Below are positions 37,876 through 51,802 of a stretch of 64,000 nt of DNA, piece by piece. How positions within the stretch are numbered: the first letter of the stretch is position 1; every line of letters starts with the position of its first letter. Origin of the DNA: Utricularia gibba. Its lineage: Eukaryota > Plantae > Magnoliophyta. The DNA lies in the NCBI GenBank assembly GCA_002189035.1, contig NEEC01000004.1, forward strand, positions 1,798,001 through 1,862,000, written 5' to 3'. The position numbers and the translations under genes were made by a program. The notes under the pieces were generated by a model, which worked only from the letters and a program-made list of their open reading frames with translations, had not been told where the DNA came from and did no database searches.

Positions 37876-40800
37876 ATGGCTGGTGATCTTGAGAAGGAAC
37901 GGTTCTTGGAGGAATTCGGAGCTGGTTATGGGTATCCTGATGGGCCTAAAAACATTGATGAGATTAGAGCTACTGAATTTAAACGGCTGAATGGTTTGAG
38001 AGCCCCCGCCCGCCCCCACCCCTCCCAAGTTGCATGTTTATAGTCAATTATGCACTTAAAGATGCGAGTTTTTGTGGTTCCTGTTGAAAAAGTATAATTT
38101 GTTTGACGAAGTCATTGGAAAGTACGGATAAATTGAACAAGTAGCCAGTTCTTTCTGTTTTTGTTTATGTGGGAGTGAATTTCTTGAATCTGAAAACTAC
38201 TGGAACTTGTTTGTAGGTATGGTGTATTTGGATCATGCTGGGGCGACTCTGTATTCCGAGAAACAAATGCAAAATGTTCTAGAAGATTTAAATTCTAATA
38301 TCTATGGAAACCCTCGTATCCTAACCCTATGGTCTTGTTCTGGAGTCCTTTTTAATTGAGGTTGCTCTTTTGCACTGATTAGATTCTAGAATTTACCCCA
38401 TTTTCATTTGAGACTTTACTATTTTCTGACTTTTTCTTAGATAGGAATCATGCATCCTGAGGTTGATCCAATTTTCGAGATCTAAAATAAATACCAAGTT
38501 CAATCAATGCTTAAATAGTATAATCTTGTACCAAGTTCAAGAATGCATGTGAAAAATTGTGTTATGGCTTTGCTCGTTTGTGCATTTTAGTGGATGTCTT
38601 AACATGATGATATCATAGATAGCCTGGGTAACTGCGGCTTGGCAGCCTCTGGGTTGATAGAAGAGGCTCGTCTTCAGGTATCGTAGTCTTTTTTTCTGAT
38701 AAATTTTGGAGATTTTTTTTTTCTGAAATTCTGAAGTAGAAGAAATTGGTCAGGAAGGTGTTCAGAAGGGGTGTTTATGAGGTTAATGCACTAAAAAAGT
38801 CTTTTGAATTTTTAAGAGCTGCCATTTGGACTTAAGTTTGGAAAATGCAGGGTGTGTGATCTTTTTTCTTGCAAACCCTTTAGCCATTACCAATTCATGA
38901 CCATCGTCGATTTATGTTTGCCATTGACTCCTTTTCTCGCAAATGCTCAGTTATTACTGGGAAATGATTCAACTTCAATTCACCTCAGCTTTAGTGATGG
39001 AGTTGGAGTTGAATCGTTTCGTTTATGCCTCCATTTGGACATCGATGTGAAATTCTGATACAGGTCCTTAGATTTTTCAATGCATCCCCTGGAGAGTACA
39101 AGTGTATCTTCACTTCTGGAGCAACATCAGCCATGAAGCTTGTTGGTGAGACATTCCCATGGAGTTCAGGCAGTGTTTTTATGTACACGATGGAGAACCA
39201 CAATAGTGTTCTTGGAATTAGAGAGTATCCTTATAATCGAAGGTCACATAGACTACAACCATTTTACTGTTTAACAGGATTTCAACCTGAAAATTTTGTT
39301 ATTTTATTTTTTGTAATAATCTAGCATCAGTATCTTGATGACTTTCTACTGCATAAGCGGCAAATGCTTTCTCCTTCAACATTTTCTTTCAAGGTATGCC
39401 CTTGGCAAAGGGGCCTCAGCCTTTGCAGTAGACATTGAAGATGCTACTGGGAGCTCTGGGACTAAAATAACTCCACACAGTATACAAAGAAGAGACACGG
39501 GAAAAGCTGAGCATACAAGTTGTATTCCATGCCTTTTTAATTGGAAGCATGTTTTGCACTTCTATGGCAACTACTTTTTAACAGACAATGTGCTTTTATT
39601 AAGTAGTGGAATCTGCAAGAATTTTAAGACAAATATGGGTTGAAATATCATCGTCCAAGCAATGCCATATTTTATTTTCTTTTATTATTATCTAGAGCAT
39701 GATGATAAAGAATTCTCACTTTTTTTTTTATTTCAGGTGAAACATACAATTTGTTTGCATTTCCATCTGAATGCAACTTTTCTGGGTCAAGATTCAAACT
39801 CGATATTGTAAATGACATTAAGGAAGATTTGTATGAACTGTCTGCAGCTTCTCAGAAGCCCAGGTAGCAAAAATACCATGCCCAACCTTTGTTTCCCCCT
39901 GACACTGGTGATTGATAGGCAAAATTTTTAGCACTATGATTGTTAAGATGCATAAGGAATGCTAGAGGTTCTTGTAATACTGTATTCCTTGTTTTTTTAC
40001 TCTCTTAAAGTGCACGTCCTTGCTACAGGGGTAAATGGAGAATTCTTATTGATGCTGCTAAGGGAAGTGCAACTTCACCTCCTGATCTGTCAAAACACAA
40101 GGCAGACTTTGTTGCCGTGTCCTTCTACAAGGTATTCATATAAAATAACCCCAAAATTCTAAGAGCATGGAGCTGTTGCGTTACCCATCACTCTCTTTGT
40201 TTTCTCCAGCTTTTTGGCTATCCAACTGGGATTGGTGCTCTTATTGCAAGAAACGGTAATCATTGTTTTCTTTAAAGACGATAACTTTTAGGATTCTTTC
40301 AGAAAGTGAACCCATTTCTTGTAACTGCTTTGAACTTTAGCCTAGCCATGAAACTGACATCCTCCCCTCCCCTTTTGCCCCATAAACACAATTCAAAGCA
40401 GAATCTGCCAACTTGTTGAAGAAGACCTATTTTGGTGGAGGTATGCCGTCAGCGATTATCATTCTCCAACGTTAAGCTGTTTTATTTTTCCATCGTGTCT
40501 TTGACTTTGAGAATCTTTCAGGTACAGTGGCTGCATCAATTGCTGATCTTGACCTCTATAAAAGAAGAGAGAGTATTGAGGAATATCTTGAGGATGGAAC
40601 CATAGCTTTTTTGAGCATTGCCTCACTTCGCCATGGATTCAGAATCCTCAATCAGTTAACGATGCCTGCCATTCAGAGGTATTAATAACTCTTTCAATAT
40701 ATGTAAAGAGCACAACAATTTATATAGCTCTGTACCTGTAAAACTCAAACCCTCTTTTATTAAGGTTATAGCCAAATATTAGGCTGGAATGGATGTTACA

Positions 40801-43800
40801 GATGTTTGAAACACCAGGATGGTGTGATTTTTCAATCACATCACTGAAATAACACGATTTTACAAGAATTTTTAGTGGATATAGTTTTCCCGTGAATATT
40901 TTTAGACCACACTTCCCCATGAAACCAAAAAACATGAGGTCTTGTAATTTATTTTTTCAGAAATTGTTAAATGTGTTACTCATCTGTTTGATTGACTTCG
41001 CATGGTTATAATCTAGCATGGATTCTGCTTTCTGAAGGCACACATCAGCGCTTGCATTATATGTGAAGAATGCTCTTGTGAATATGAGGCACATGAATGG
41101 AAATCATGTTTGTACGATCTATGGAGTACATCAAGATAAGGTTGGCACAGTATTCAAGAAAATAGATACTACATAAAATGTTGCGTATGCTGCTGCCATA
41201 AGCCTGAAGTCAGAATGCAATGATTCTTCTCTCAGCCGTTATTTGATGGCATGGGTCCAGTTGTGTCATTCAACTTGAGAAGGTCTGATGGATCTTGGGT
41301 TGGGTACCGGGAGGTTGAGAAATTAGCATCCTTGTCAAACATTCAGTTAAGGGTAAGTTTTATATCCTCTGCAGATAGTGTACCATCTTTTTGCTACAAA
41401 GACATTATTTTATGTTCAGATTATTTCAACAGTTTTTTTTCTCTAGCTTGCCTAATGTTACTGGAAGTCTCTTTAAATAAATGTAGCTTCATATAAAGAA
41501 GAGTCTTTAGGAGTACAAAATGAGGAGGAAATTGAGCTAATATATATGTGTCAACTCATGAAACTGAACTTGGAAGCTGCCCACCATTTCAATTCGTGAG
41601 TTGATGCATCTATGCTGCCTCAATTTCCTCAGTCACTGTATTGCAAGTTCTGTTGGTCATGTTATCTTTCAGGAACTTTATAGTCTATCCATCTGGCAGC
41701 ACAATTCTTTATAGGGGATGCAAACAACATTAGCCAATTTATAAATCTAGGTCCATCTTGATAATTCATATGATGAGGAACTAGAGGATGTCTCTATTGT
41801 GATTAGAAAACTGAAATTGCAAATCCTTGTATCAAATTTTTTTAGTCCAATGCAATCAGTTCCATTTTTTTCAACGTTGTGCATCTTAGACAGGATGCTT
41901 CTGTAATCCCGGTGCTTGTGCCAAGCTTCTTGGTTTGTCTCATGCAGATCTCCTATCTAATATTGAGGTAAATTATTTGTCTTTGATTCCTCTGAGATCT
42001 GGTAACTTTATCAATAGGTCAACTATTTTTCCTCTGTTTGAAGGCAGGCCATGTTTGCTGGGATGGTTTTGATATTTTGAGGGGAAAACCAACTGGTGCA
42101 GTTAGGGCCTCATTTGGTTACATGTCAACATTTGAAGATGCAAGAGTATTCTCCTATTTTAGTGTTTGGATGATTTCTATATTTCTATTTTTTTTTCATG
42201 CAGTCCCCCTTGAGTGTGGTTTCCACAACTTATTGTGTATTCTTTGAAGTGTAGAAGCCAAATCATTTTAATTATATGGTACTTTTGGGTGCTGAGTACT
42301 TCATGCCTTTGGGAGCATTAAGGCTTGTGTTTTTTTATAAAAATGAGCTTTTAAACCTCAAACTGGTCACTTCTCCTTTTATTTTACCCCCATAGCCATC
42401 TCCATGATTCTTCTCTTCATTTTCGTCCACTGATTTTTCTATTGCATAATTCTTCTCAAATTTCTGTTCAGAAATTCTTGCAGTTTATTGAGAGATACTT
42501 CGTATCATTGCCTCATGATTTGTTTGGAGGAAAGCCTTCTAATCTTCTCAATGGAGGTCATTATCTATTAAGTTTGGCTAATTGCGGTTGGCTAATTGCG
42601 GTTGGCTTGCTTAATCTTTGCATGATTTCTGTTCTACTCAACGTGTCTTCTTTTTTTATGACTACCATCTATAGCGTATAGAAACCCACTGATTTGCCTT
42701 CTTTTAACGTTGCAGGGATTAAAAGAGTTGCTGACGCGCTCTTCCTAAGATCAGTTACTGTTTACCCAATAAAATCCTGTGCAGGATTCAGCGTTGATAG
42801 ATGGCCTTTGTGTGACACTGGTATGGATATGTTCAGTTGGACGAATGACTTGCTGTGAAACAGGTTTTTAAAGAACATGTACACTATGCTGCAGGGCTAT
42901 TACATGACAGAGAATGGCTTCTGAAGAGCATGGTCGGTGACGTGTTGACACAAAAGAAGGTTAGCTTTCATGAAACACCAAATGCAAGTCCTCGATGTAT
43001 ATCTTCTTGTGATTTTTTTGATGGTAATCTGCATTTAGTGTCGTCTTGAGTTAGGTTCCGGAAATGGGGCTTATCACGACATTGATTGACCTGAAGCTAG
43101 GATTACTTATTGTAGAGTCACCAAGGTGCAAAAAGAAACTAAAGATTGAACTCGTCTCAGACCAATGCTCAACTGAAAGTGGAGTGATGGAAGTATACTC
43201 TCGAAGGTAGAATGGAGCTGTCTCATGTGACGGTCTATTATTTTTTGTAAGTAACGGGCACAAAAAAGTTCAACAATCAAATGGCTTGGGATTACCAAAT
43301 ATACATTGCATTATTCTTCTGGTGTTCCTTACTGAGTTTCTGTTCAGGCATGAGGTCCAAGGCTACTCCAACTCCATCAATCAATGGTTTAGTGATGCAG
43401 TTGGTCGTCCCTGCATGCTCATCAGGAGCGGTTCTTCTCAAAAGCCTCTATGCTCAAATGGGAATGGTGGCAATGGAACATGCAGAGATGCTGAGAGCAG
43501 ATTGAATTTCGTCAACGAAGCTCAGATTTTACTAGTATCAGCAGAGAGCGTTGCTGACTTGAATAATAGGCTGAAATCAAGTACACCCCTCAAACCTCAG
43601 TCAAGTTATTTTCATTACTGAGCTTACTGGTCTGAATATTGAGATCTAGTATAGAAAATAGCCAGGAATATTGTAGGAATGTAAGATCACATTGATGCTG
43701 GTTCACTTCATTCAGTTTTCTTACTTTCACTAGAGCTGCAGAATGGTGCCAGCAACCAGTGTCAAATTATTCAAGTCGATCCAAGCAGATTTCGCCCGAA

Positions 43801-44267
43801 TCTAGTTGTGTCTGGTGGCTATCCCTATGCTGAGGATCAATGGAGAAGTATGACGATTGGAGGGGCAACGTTCACTGTAAGTTGATGCAACATTTTCTTG
43901 CTTTACTCCACATTCCCTTAAAAATCACCAACTGGCAGTAGTTAAATGAACCTCTCTCGTTCTGCAGTCTCTGGGCGGGTGTAATCGTTGTCAGATGATC
44001 AACATGACACCCACAGACGGAACGATACAACGATCAAACGAACCATTGGCTACCTTGGCGTCTTTCAGAAGATCAAAGGTAAGGAAAGCTACTTCTTCCT
44101 TTTCCTCCATTCTGTATGTTTATGTAGTTCAGGCAACTCTTATGCCTCTGCAACCTCGGATGCAACAGGGGAAGATCTTTTTCGGGATATTGCTCAAGCT
44201 ACAAGACCGCACAGAACCAGGCACATGGCTCAGTGTTGGGCAGGAAGTAGTAGCAAGTGCAGAGTAG
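37876..44267 (+). CDS. ABA3: Molybdenum cofactor sulfurase, ~22 exons
   Basis: [55 protein letters not shown]-lysine [13 protein letters not shown], and a MOSC domain ([27 protein letters not shown]) ending at the stop at 44267. Confidence 0.95.
38316..38618 (+). other. U12-type (minor spliceosome) GT-AG intron in ABA3, first
   Basis: Donor GTATCCTAAC; branch-like GTCTTAAC at 38596-38603, 15 nt before the AG; splicing yields N-P-H-S. Confidence 0.7.
39225..39393 (+). other. U12-type GT-AG intron in ABA3, second
   Basis: Perfect donor GTATCCTT; branch-like TCCTTCAAC ending 39380, 13 nt before the 3' end; splicing yields GIRE-YALGKG. Confidence 0.8.
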
Positions 44268-45582
44268 TGTTTGTTACCCTGGAAATTATGGGATTGTTTA
44301 TGATTCTACCCACTTCAACCATTACCTCTTATACAACTATCCATCCTATATACAAGATATCTATCTAGCTTGTTTAATTTTTTTTTAAAAAATATATAAT
44401 CGACTTTCAGCTCTTTGGAATTAGACAAGGCTATATATATAGGGATTAGTCACAATAATTTTCATAGTCTTCGAATACTAATTCCATCATGTAATCGAAT
44501 TTTGCAATCTGAAAATTATTGTGATTTAATATAGTTCATTTTATACATTATTATGTATGTTTGAAAATAGGATAACAATATAATCATTTTTTGAATATAT
44601 ATAGATATATTAAAGAGCAGCTAAAATAGCTTAGCAAATAAAGTTGGTATATAGCCACGCAAGGCATACAAATAAGATCAAAACCACATCTAGATTTTTG
44701 CATAAAAACTTATATTTTTGTTTGCGTTTAAGTATTTGTATTTTTAAATCTTTGTTAAAAATGAAAATATAATTTTTAAGTACTATAAAATAAAACTAGT
44801 ATAAAAATAAGCAATTGTAACAAAATATTTTGTTTTTGTCACAAAAAATTATACTTGGTTTATTTAAAATCAAATATATAACTTAAAATTATGTTTTTGT
44901 TGAAATCACTTGATTTTAATAAACAAATATACACAAATATTAGAAAATGACGTTGGACTTGTTTGCACACATTTTCAATGAGATCATGGAGAAGAATATA
45001 TGATGACCTGGAAAATTTGAAAGTTGAAGATGCTTTTCACATTAAAATTGATCGGAAGTTTCACTCTTGACACGACTACAGAGTAGTTTTAGACTCGCGA
45101 GGGGATTTGATTTGAAGCGTTGCTCAAGATGTTTTCTGCATACAATCAGCGCACACTGTGCATTAGAAGACGATCCAAATAACCAAAGGACTGCGCGAGG
45201 ATGCTCGAAAGTGTTTTGGATTTACATCCCAAGAGAGTGTTTGGTCACCGAAATTTCCGGTTGGATTCCAAGGATCTCAGCATGACTTCTTTTACTATTG
45301 AGCCATTTAATCACCTGAAATTTCAGGGAGAGAAGATTCAAATTAGATGTGATGTATGAAAGGCAATGGAAAGTTCTCTCTTTTTTTAGCCAAACTCAGA
45401 CATGTGGTAGTTGCACTGATTATGTGACGGAGATTGCATAAACTAATTGAAAGCGAATCAATCAAAAGAAACGATGAAGCCAAAACATAAAGATTATGAA
45501 GTATATCGTTATCAGTAATATTTGTTTTGTTCATGTTTATTTGGTTGAGCCACACTCTAAGTAACTAGGATTTAAATAGATG

Positions 45583-45810
45583 CAGGTCACTCCGTTGAAT
45601 ATTGACAATAAGGCAACAATATCAATTGTAAAGGATCCAACTCATTTTGGAAAAACAAAATACATTAATATTAAATATCATGTGATTAGAGATTATATCA
45701 AGAAATGATAAATTTTAGTAGAGTATCTACCTTGGATATTCTCAAGTTACAAATCCTCTCACGAGAAACCAATTTCTTGATTTCAGATCCAAATTGGAGG
45801 TAATGGATGT
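45583..45810 (+). mobile_element. Ty1/copia RNase H relic
   Basis: Translates to IDNKATISIVKDPTHFGKTKYINIKYHVIRD**ILVEY, resembling the copia consensus CDNKSAIxIAKNPVxHGRTKHIDIKYHFIR. Confidence 0.75.
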
Positions 45811-48199
45811 GATAACATATCTTTTTTTTTAGTAATTTTAAGTTAAAAAAATAATTGTTATCATCATGTAAAACTATGATTTTGTTAAATATTTGACGTT
45901 TTTGCGATTAGTAGTGCTGATTTTATATTTTACTCTAGATTTTGACTAAATTCTAAATTTAGTCTCAATCTTTATTTTAGTCACTTTTTTTTAAACAATG
46001 CAACATGTTTTTAAGAGTACAAATCCCAATGAGTCAAAAGTGAACAATAAAAGTGATAGAAGATTAGGACAAAAAATTAAATGAAGTATTCAAAATCCAA
46101 AGAGATAAAAAAAATAGATTTTTGGATATGATAAGATAATAGAAAAATATCTTACTTTATGAAGAACAAGAAACCATTCTAGATAGGGAGTTGGGAAAAA
46201 AGTTACAGAGAACCGCAATGAAGGAGGATGAACAAAGAACTCAAGGGAACTTGGAGATTTTCTTTTCATTAGGAGCACCACTCTCAGCTTGGAGTAGATC
46301 AGAAACACGATTTCAGTGTTTTATTGAAAATTATTTCAATTCTATACTATTATTTATTTTCTTTTTATTGAATTGTAATATAAATATGTAGATGATGATA
46401 TTCTATGCATTCATTTTGTTATGAATAACTAAACACCAAATGATGTCATAGTAAAAAGGAGGGTAAGCATGTTTATTATTCATTAAATCAAACTTATCAA
46501 GTAATCACATAATTTTCTTAATAATTCAGAATATATTCAAAAGATGGAGGTAATGATATTCATTGTAAACAACTCTAATTAGAGATAGATCAAAAATTAG
46601 AATAACACAAGGATTTAGATAAAATTAAACTCTTATTTGTTAAGTGAATGATTTTTAATTAAGGTGGAATAGTTGTAGAAATTAGTGTATTACTCTTGAA
46701 AATCTCAAAGCATCATTTCATTTCTTTTTAGGCAACAATTGAATTCACAAGTTTTTTGTTTTACTTTACTGTATTTTATCATATATCTGAGTTAACCTTA
46801 ACTTAAATTTAATCTTCAACCGTGACATATACTGAATACATTAGCTTTCATATAACAAATACAAACTTCCTCGTGTTAGATCCTAATCACTATTCTCATA
46901 TTTGTTTTATAATTAAGTATGCATTAGATTTATAAATTTATTTTATATAAAAGATTTGCATTTCTAATGATATTTGTAAATTTTAGTTCATAGGATGAAA
47001 AAGAATTTATGGATTTAATGGTCTTAGGCCGTGGGAGGAGTGATGGAGATCACCGTAAAATAATTGAAAGCCAATCACTCAAAATAGAAGAAAAAGTAAT
47101 ATTTGTTTTACTATGTGTATATGTATTTTGTTTTATGGGTTTCTATAAGAAATCTGCTTTTTTTTTTCTTTTGCAAAGCATCAAACTCAACATAATGGAG
47201 TCAAAAAGTGTTTGTAGGTGCCTGGGGCAAGGACATTGTTTACCTCGCGGGTGTTCTTTGATGTTGAAGGAAAAAGAACAAGAAATCAATAATTCATATC
47301 CTAAAAGTATTTTTTATTATACTTTTTGATTAATGGGCTTCACTATTCAAATTTTTGTTAGAAAATAAATACCCTTTTTTATAGAGTAAGAACAATCTTT
47401 TTAATAAAATGCAATTGTAATGAATTGATTGAGTCATTATAACCTTATCTCATTTCTCATATAAAATTATAAAGATTAAATTGAGTTTGTATAAGGCCCA
47501 TCCAGAACCAACTTACATAAATCCCACATTTATTATAGAGATAATGAAGAAGAAATTAAGTAGAATTATTCAATGTATAAAAGGAATAATATAATAAAAG
47601 AGTCATGACAGTTTGTTAAATGATCTATTATTATTAATCTATTACATATTTTACCTTTAGAGACAGATATCTTTTGATTTGTTTATAATTTCTAGAACTC
47701 CAAATGATTTCACTACAACGTTCACGAAGCTTTCAGGCCATGCCACACGGCTGTCGAAAATGGATGACACGCTGCAGCTTCTCGGTTGTTTCTTTGGAGG
47801 AGGGCGGGGCGGGTCGTCCTCACGGGTCGACGGTAAGATATTTTGGAAGCGGCGAGGCCAGGCCAGTCAAGCCGAAACGAAAGCGATCCGAGTCAAGAAT
47901 GTGCTTCTCTCTTTGACATATCTGCAGACGCTTTCAAACCCTATTTCTTTTTCCTTCCCGCCGGCCAACTTCAATGTAATCATGTGAAGCCAGCCATCCC
48001 GGACAAGGTTCTTGATCGCACCCAATTCGACCAACAAATGGATACATATTCCTACATTACGAATCTTGTGCTTGCTGTCTTTTCTTAACACGAGCGAGTA
48101 CGGGGCATCAGTCCACACTGACCTCACATTCGAAATGGGCTTATCCAAAACCGTAGGTTCTTTCTGGTTTTCAAAATAAGTGAATAATGGGAACGTGAT

Positions 48200-48707
48200 G
48201 TGTTCCAACTTCCAATACAGTACCGATTAAATGATGGAAAACTCCGCACCCATCTCCGAAAAGTTCGCACACCTTTGACGAGCAGACCTGGTCGTAATTT
48301 TCCAAGGCAGAGGTCATCCTACTTTCTTAGATTGGGAACAGAACCCAGACCCCGCTCGCGCTTCGTGGAAACGGGAAACATCATCATAGACTTTATTTCG
48401 AATCATGCTCCCACTAAGTAACATCGGAATCTGGTTTTCATCTTTCCAAGCACATGGAGCAATGAGTGTATAATCAGCTTCCAGGAAAAAACGCTTGATT
48501 GCGACCTATTCACAAAAAATTTCATCTTTCTTCCTGCGCAGCTGGTCGGGACGAGAGACTTCCGCATGCAAAATCAACATGTCTTATCTTTCGCTTTTCC
48601 CAAGTTTACACTTCAGAGGACATTTCGGTTTAGGGTTTACGTGTCGGATAAAAGACGAAAGATATTTTTCTCTTCTGTCTTTTTGATGACCATAGACATT
48701 CGATGGC
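48200..48707 (+). pseudogene. Possible Ulp1/C48 SUMO-protease-like relic (TE-borne)
   Basis: One frame with a single internal stop: GNIIIDFI...VFIFPSTW...LDCDLFTKNFIFLP...QHVLSFAF. Motif order resembles Ulp1 NDxIIDFY...HFFNSFF...DLFxKDYIFIP...HW. Similarity is weak and judged by eye. Confidence 0.4.
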
Positions 48708-50127
48708 TTGAAACTTGAGAAAAGCCAGAGGCAAGCGTCCCCACGAAGATGAAATGATGAGCCCAATATTGTGTTTTGCTTCTTCAAAATCATATTTCCA
48801 GAAATTATTGTGGAAGATGGATGTTTTAGAGACAAAGGGACTATTTTTGTTTTTATAATTTATTGAATTGATTGTGTTTAATTTTATCTTTTTTTTGGTA
48901 AAAATAAAAATTCATATTATGAGAAACTAAATTAAAAAAGTATTAAATTTATTAAATATCTGATTCAATATGAAATAAATTAATGCAATTATAAAAATAT
49001 CTTTATATATCTTTAAAATATATCAATATCATCACATTAAATTAAGCATATTAATTTAATCGGATAAATTTTAATATAATATAATTTTATATTATTTAAC
49101 AAAAAAATTATAACATTAAAAATAATTCTGTTCTACGTAATATAAAGTACATGTTCAAAACAGATAATATGTTCAAATTGTTATTAATTCTACCGTTTCA
49201 TAATTTGTATTTGTTAAAAAAAATATAATTAATTGTTATTTTACATTCAACTAGTTGCTATTAGTCTTTTTTTCAATCTTCAACATGTTTTTTTCAGTTA
49301 AATTTAATAAATGAAAAATTCTTTAGGAAATTGGTTTTATTTCATGATTCTTCATTCCAATCTTGACTAGTTGAATTTGCATAAATTAGACTTGAATGAT
49401 GGATTTTTTTTTTCACAATAGAACAACAATTTTTTTATGTGGATGATAAATTGGATAATATACAATATGTAAAATTTGTTGACGGTCTTATGAAACTTTA
49501 TTTTTCTAAATTTTAGTATGTAGACCTTTTTAAAAATAACTTGATAAATACTGTTAATAAAATAGAATTTGAGGATTTTGATAGATTATTAGAAAAAGAA
49601 AAAAAAACCCTGTTGGTTTAACCAAATTACTTCTTGATCATTTTTCTGAAGCTATTTAAAACAAGTAGAACAAAATATAATAAGCAAGCTAAAAGTTACC
49701 TAATCCATGAGTTTGTTCTATAATTTGAAGTACATAAATAAATAAAATAAAATCAGTTTTGAAATTGTAAAATTATTTCGTGAGATGATATAAAATTATA
49801 TTATAAATTTAATAAAATAATATATATTGTAAAACTTAATATATTAAATTATTATATATTTAATGTTATAATATGAATATATTTTTAAAATATATAAAAA
49901 TTATATAATATAATTTTTCTAATTAATATTATATTTAAGCACTAAAATAAAGTTTCAAAAAAATTAATAATTTATTAAGCTAATTATAAAATCTGAATTT
50001 TTGATTTTATAATGAGTAATTAAAAATTAAAATCTGAAAAATCAATTTAGTAAATTAATAAGAAAAACTTGTATTAAAACCACAGAAACGCTGTGACTAG
50101 GAATGCGTGAGGGATGCGTGATCATAG

Positions 50128-50146
50128 TGACGCCTAAAAGACGTCA
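50128..50146. promoter_or_regulatory. as-1-like double TGACG/ACGTCA element upstream of the NAC gene
   Basis: TGACGCCTAAAAGACGTCA; the cores are 11 bp apart versus the canonical 12. Confidence 0.35.
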
Positions 50147-50533
50147 TCATGACCATGTCTATATTGTAAGATGATGGTAAATTTTAAATAAAATAATATT
50201 TCTCCTTATTTTCATTTAACTTTAAATTTTTGATTAGGGTAAAATTGTGTGTATATTCTTTAGATTTAGGGATAAGAACATGTTAATCAAAAGGTTTTAA
50301 TAGTCTACACAAAAAAGGTTACTTGGGGTTTAAGAAGGAGCGAGCACCTCTCTGAAGACTAAGTCAATCCATTGACTTGACTCAACCACCACGACACACA
50401 TCAAGGCCCCACTTTTATTTTTCTTTCACATTTAAAATATAAAATCCTGCGAAAATGTACGATAAGAAGGGTCTCGGGTACATCATCTCCTACTTGCCGT
50501 TTGTCGCACAAGAGCACGACTACACTTCCTGCC

Positions 50534-51802
50534 ATGGAAGTGGAGAATAGCGGCGGTCCTACGGAGGAGACGGTAGATGCAGACTATTCCGACCTGCCGG
50601 GGTTCCGTTTTCACCCCACCGACGAGGAGCTCGTCGGGTTTTATCTCCAGCGAAAAGTGGAGAAGAAAAGGCTGAGACCGGAGCTCATCAAGGAGGCGGA
50701 TATCTATAAGTTCGATCCCTGGGATCTTCCAAGTATGTATCGTGTTGTACTCGTCTTCTCTGATCACCCTTGTGATTATTTTATACTCTTTTCTGAGCTC
50801 GATACCTCATGGGGCAAACCTTCCAAAATAGAACATACATGGAATTTGTTATACGTGTGAACACTCCTTCAGTGTTCCTCCATTTCAATGGTAGTTGAAA
50901 GTAAAAGCAAAAGAAGATGTTCATCAGCTTTATTCATCTTTAGCATAATTTGGACCTCGATTACGGGGAAAAACGTGCTGTTAGATGCGCAATGTTGTTC
51001 TGTGTGGGTGAGTGAATGATGAATTTGTTGTGGTTGATCTCAGGGTCGAGCAATGGCGGGGCGGAAAAAGAGTGGTATTTCTTTTGCAAACGAGGAAGAA
51101 AGTACAAGAACAGCATCCGTCCCAACAGAGTCACCAGCTCCGGGTTTTGGAAAGCCACCGGCATCGACCGGCCGATATACTCTTCCTCCGGCGACATCAT
51201 CGGCCTCAAGAAATCACTCGTTTACTACCGCGGGAGCGCCGGTAAAGGCACAAAAACCGAGTGGATGATGCATGAGTTCCGGTTGCCACCGCATCAAGCC
51301 GACGAGAATTCCATTCCTCAAGATGCGGTAAGATTTGCCTCAATTTTATTTTGATAAAGATCATATCTTTTTGCATGTCACAAACTTGATGTTCATGTAG
51401 GAGGTTTGGACCCTGTGCCGAATACTAAAAAGAAGCACTTCTCACGCCAAGTGTTCATCTTCATCCCAATTGAAAGCGTCTGCTTCCACCTTCAGCCCCG
51501 GAATCGACCCTCCCTCCGATCACAGCAGCCCGGAAACCGTCAGCATCGCGTCCGATGAACATAACATCAATCTTATGAAAGCCATTGCAGCTTCCCACAA
51601 ATCGCCCACATTCAGCCATTGTATAGGCAATGAACAAGATTGGAGCCATTCATCGGCTCCAACACTGATTCCTCAAGCCCAGCGGACGACGGTGTGGTCA
51701 TCATTTATGTACGACGAGATCGGGAACCCATCGGACTTTCGAGATTGGGATCTCCAGTCTATAGTAAACCATGCATCATCCTCTCCTACGTTCTACCGGT
51801 GA
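50534..51802 (+). CDS. NAC transcription factor, JUB1/ANAC042-like; exons 50534-50732, 51044-51327, 51401-51802
   Basis: [77 protein letters not shown]. An in-frame upstream ATG exists at 50501. Confidence 0.92.
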
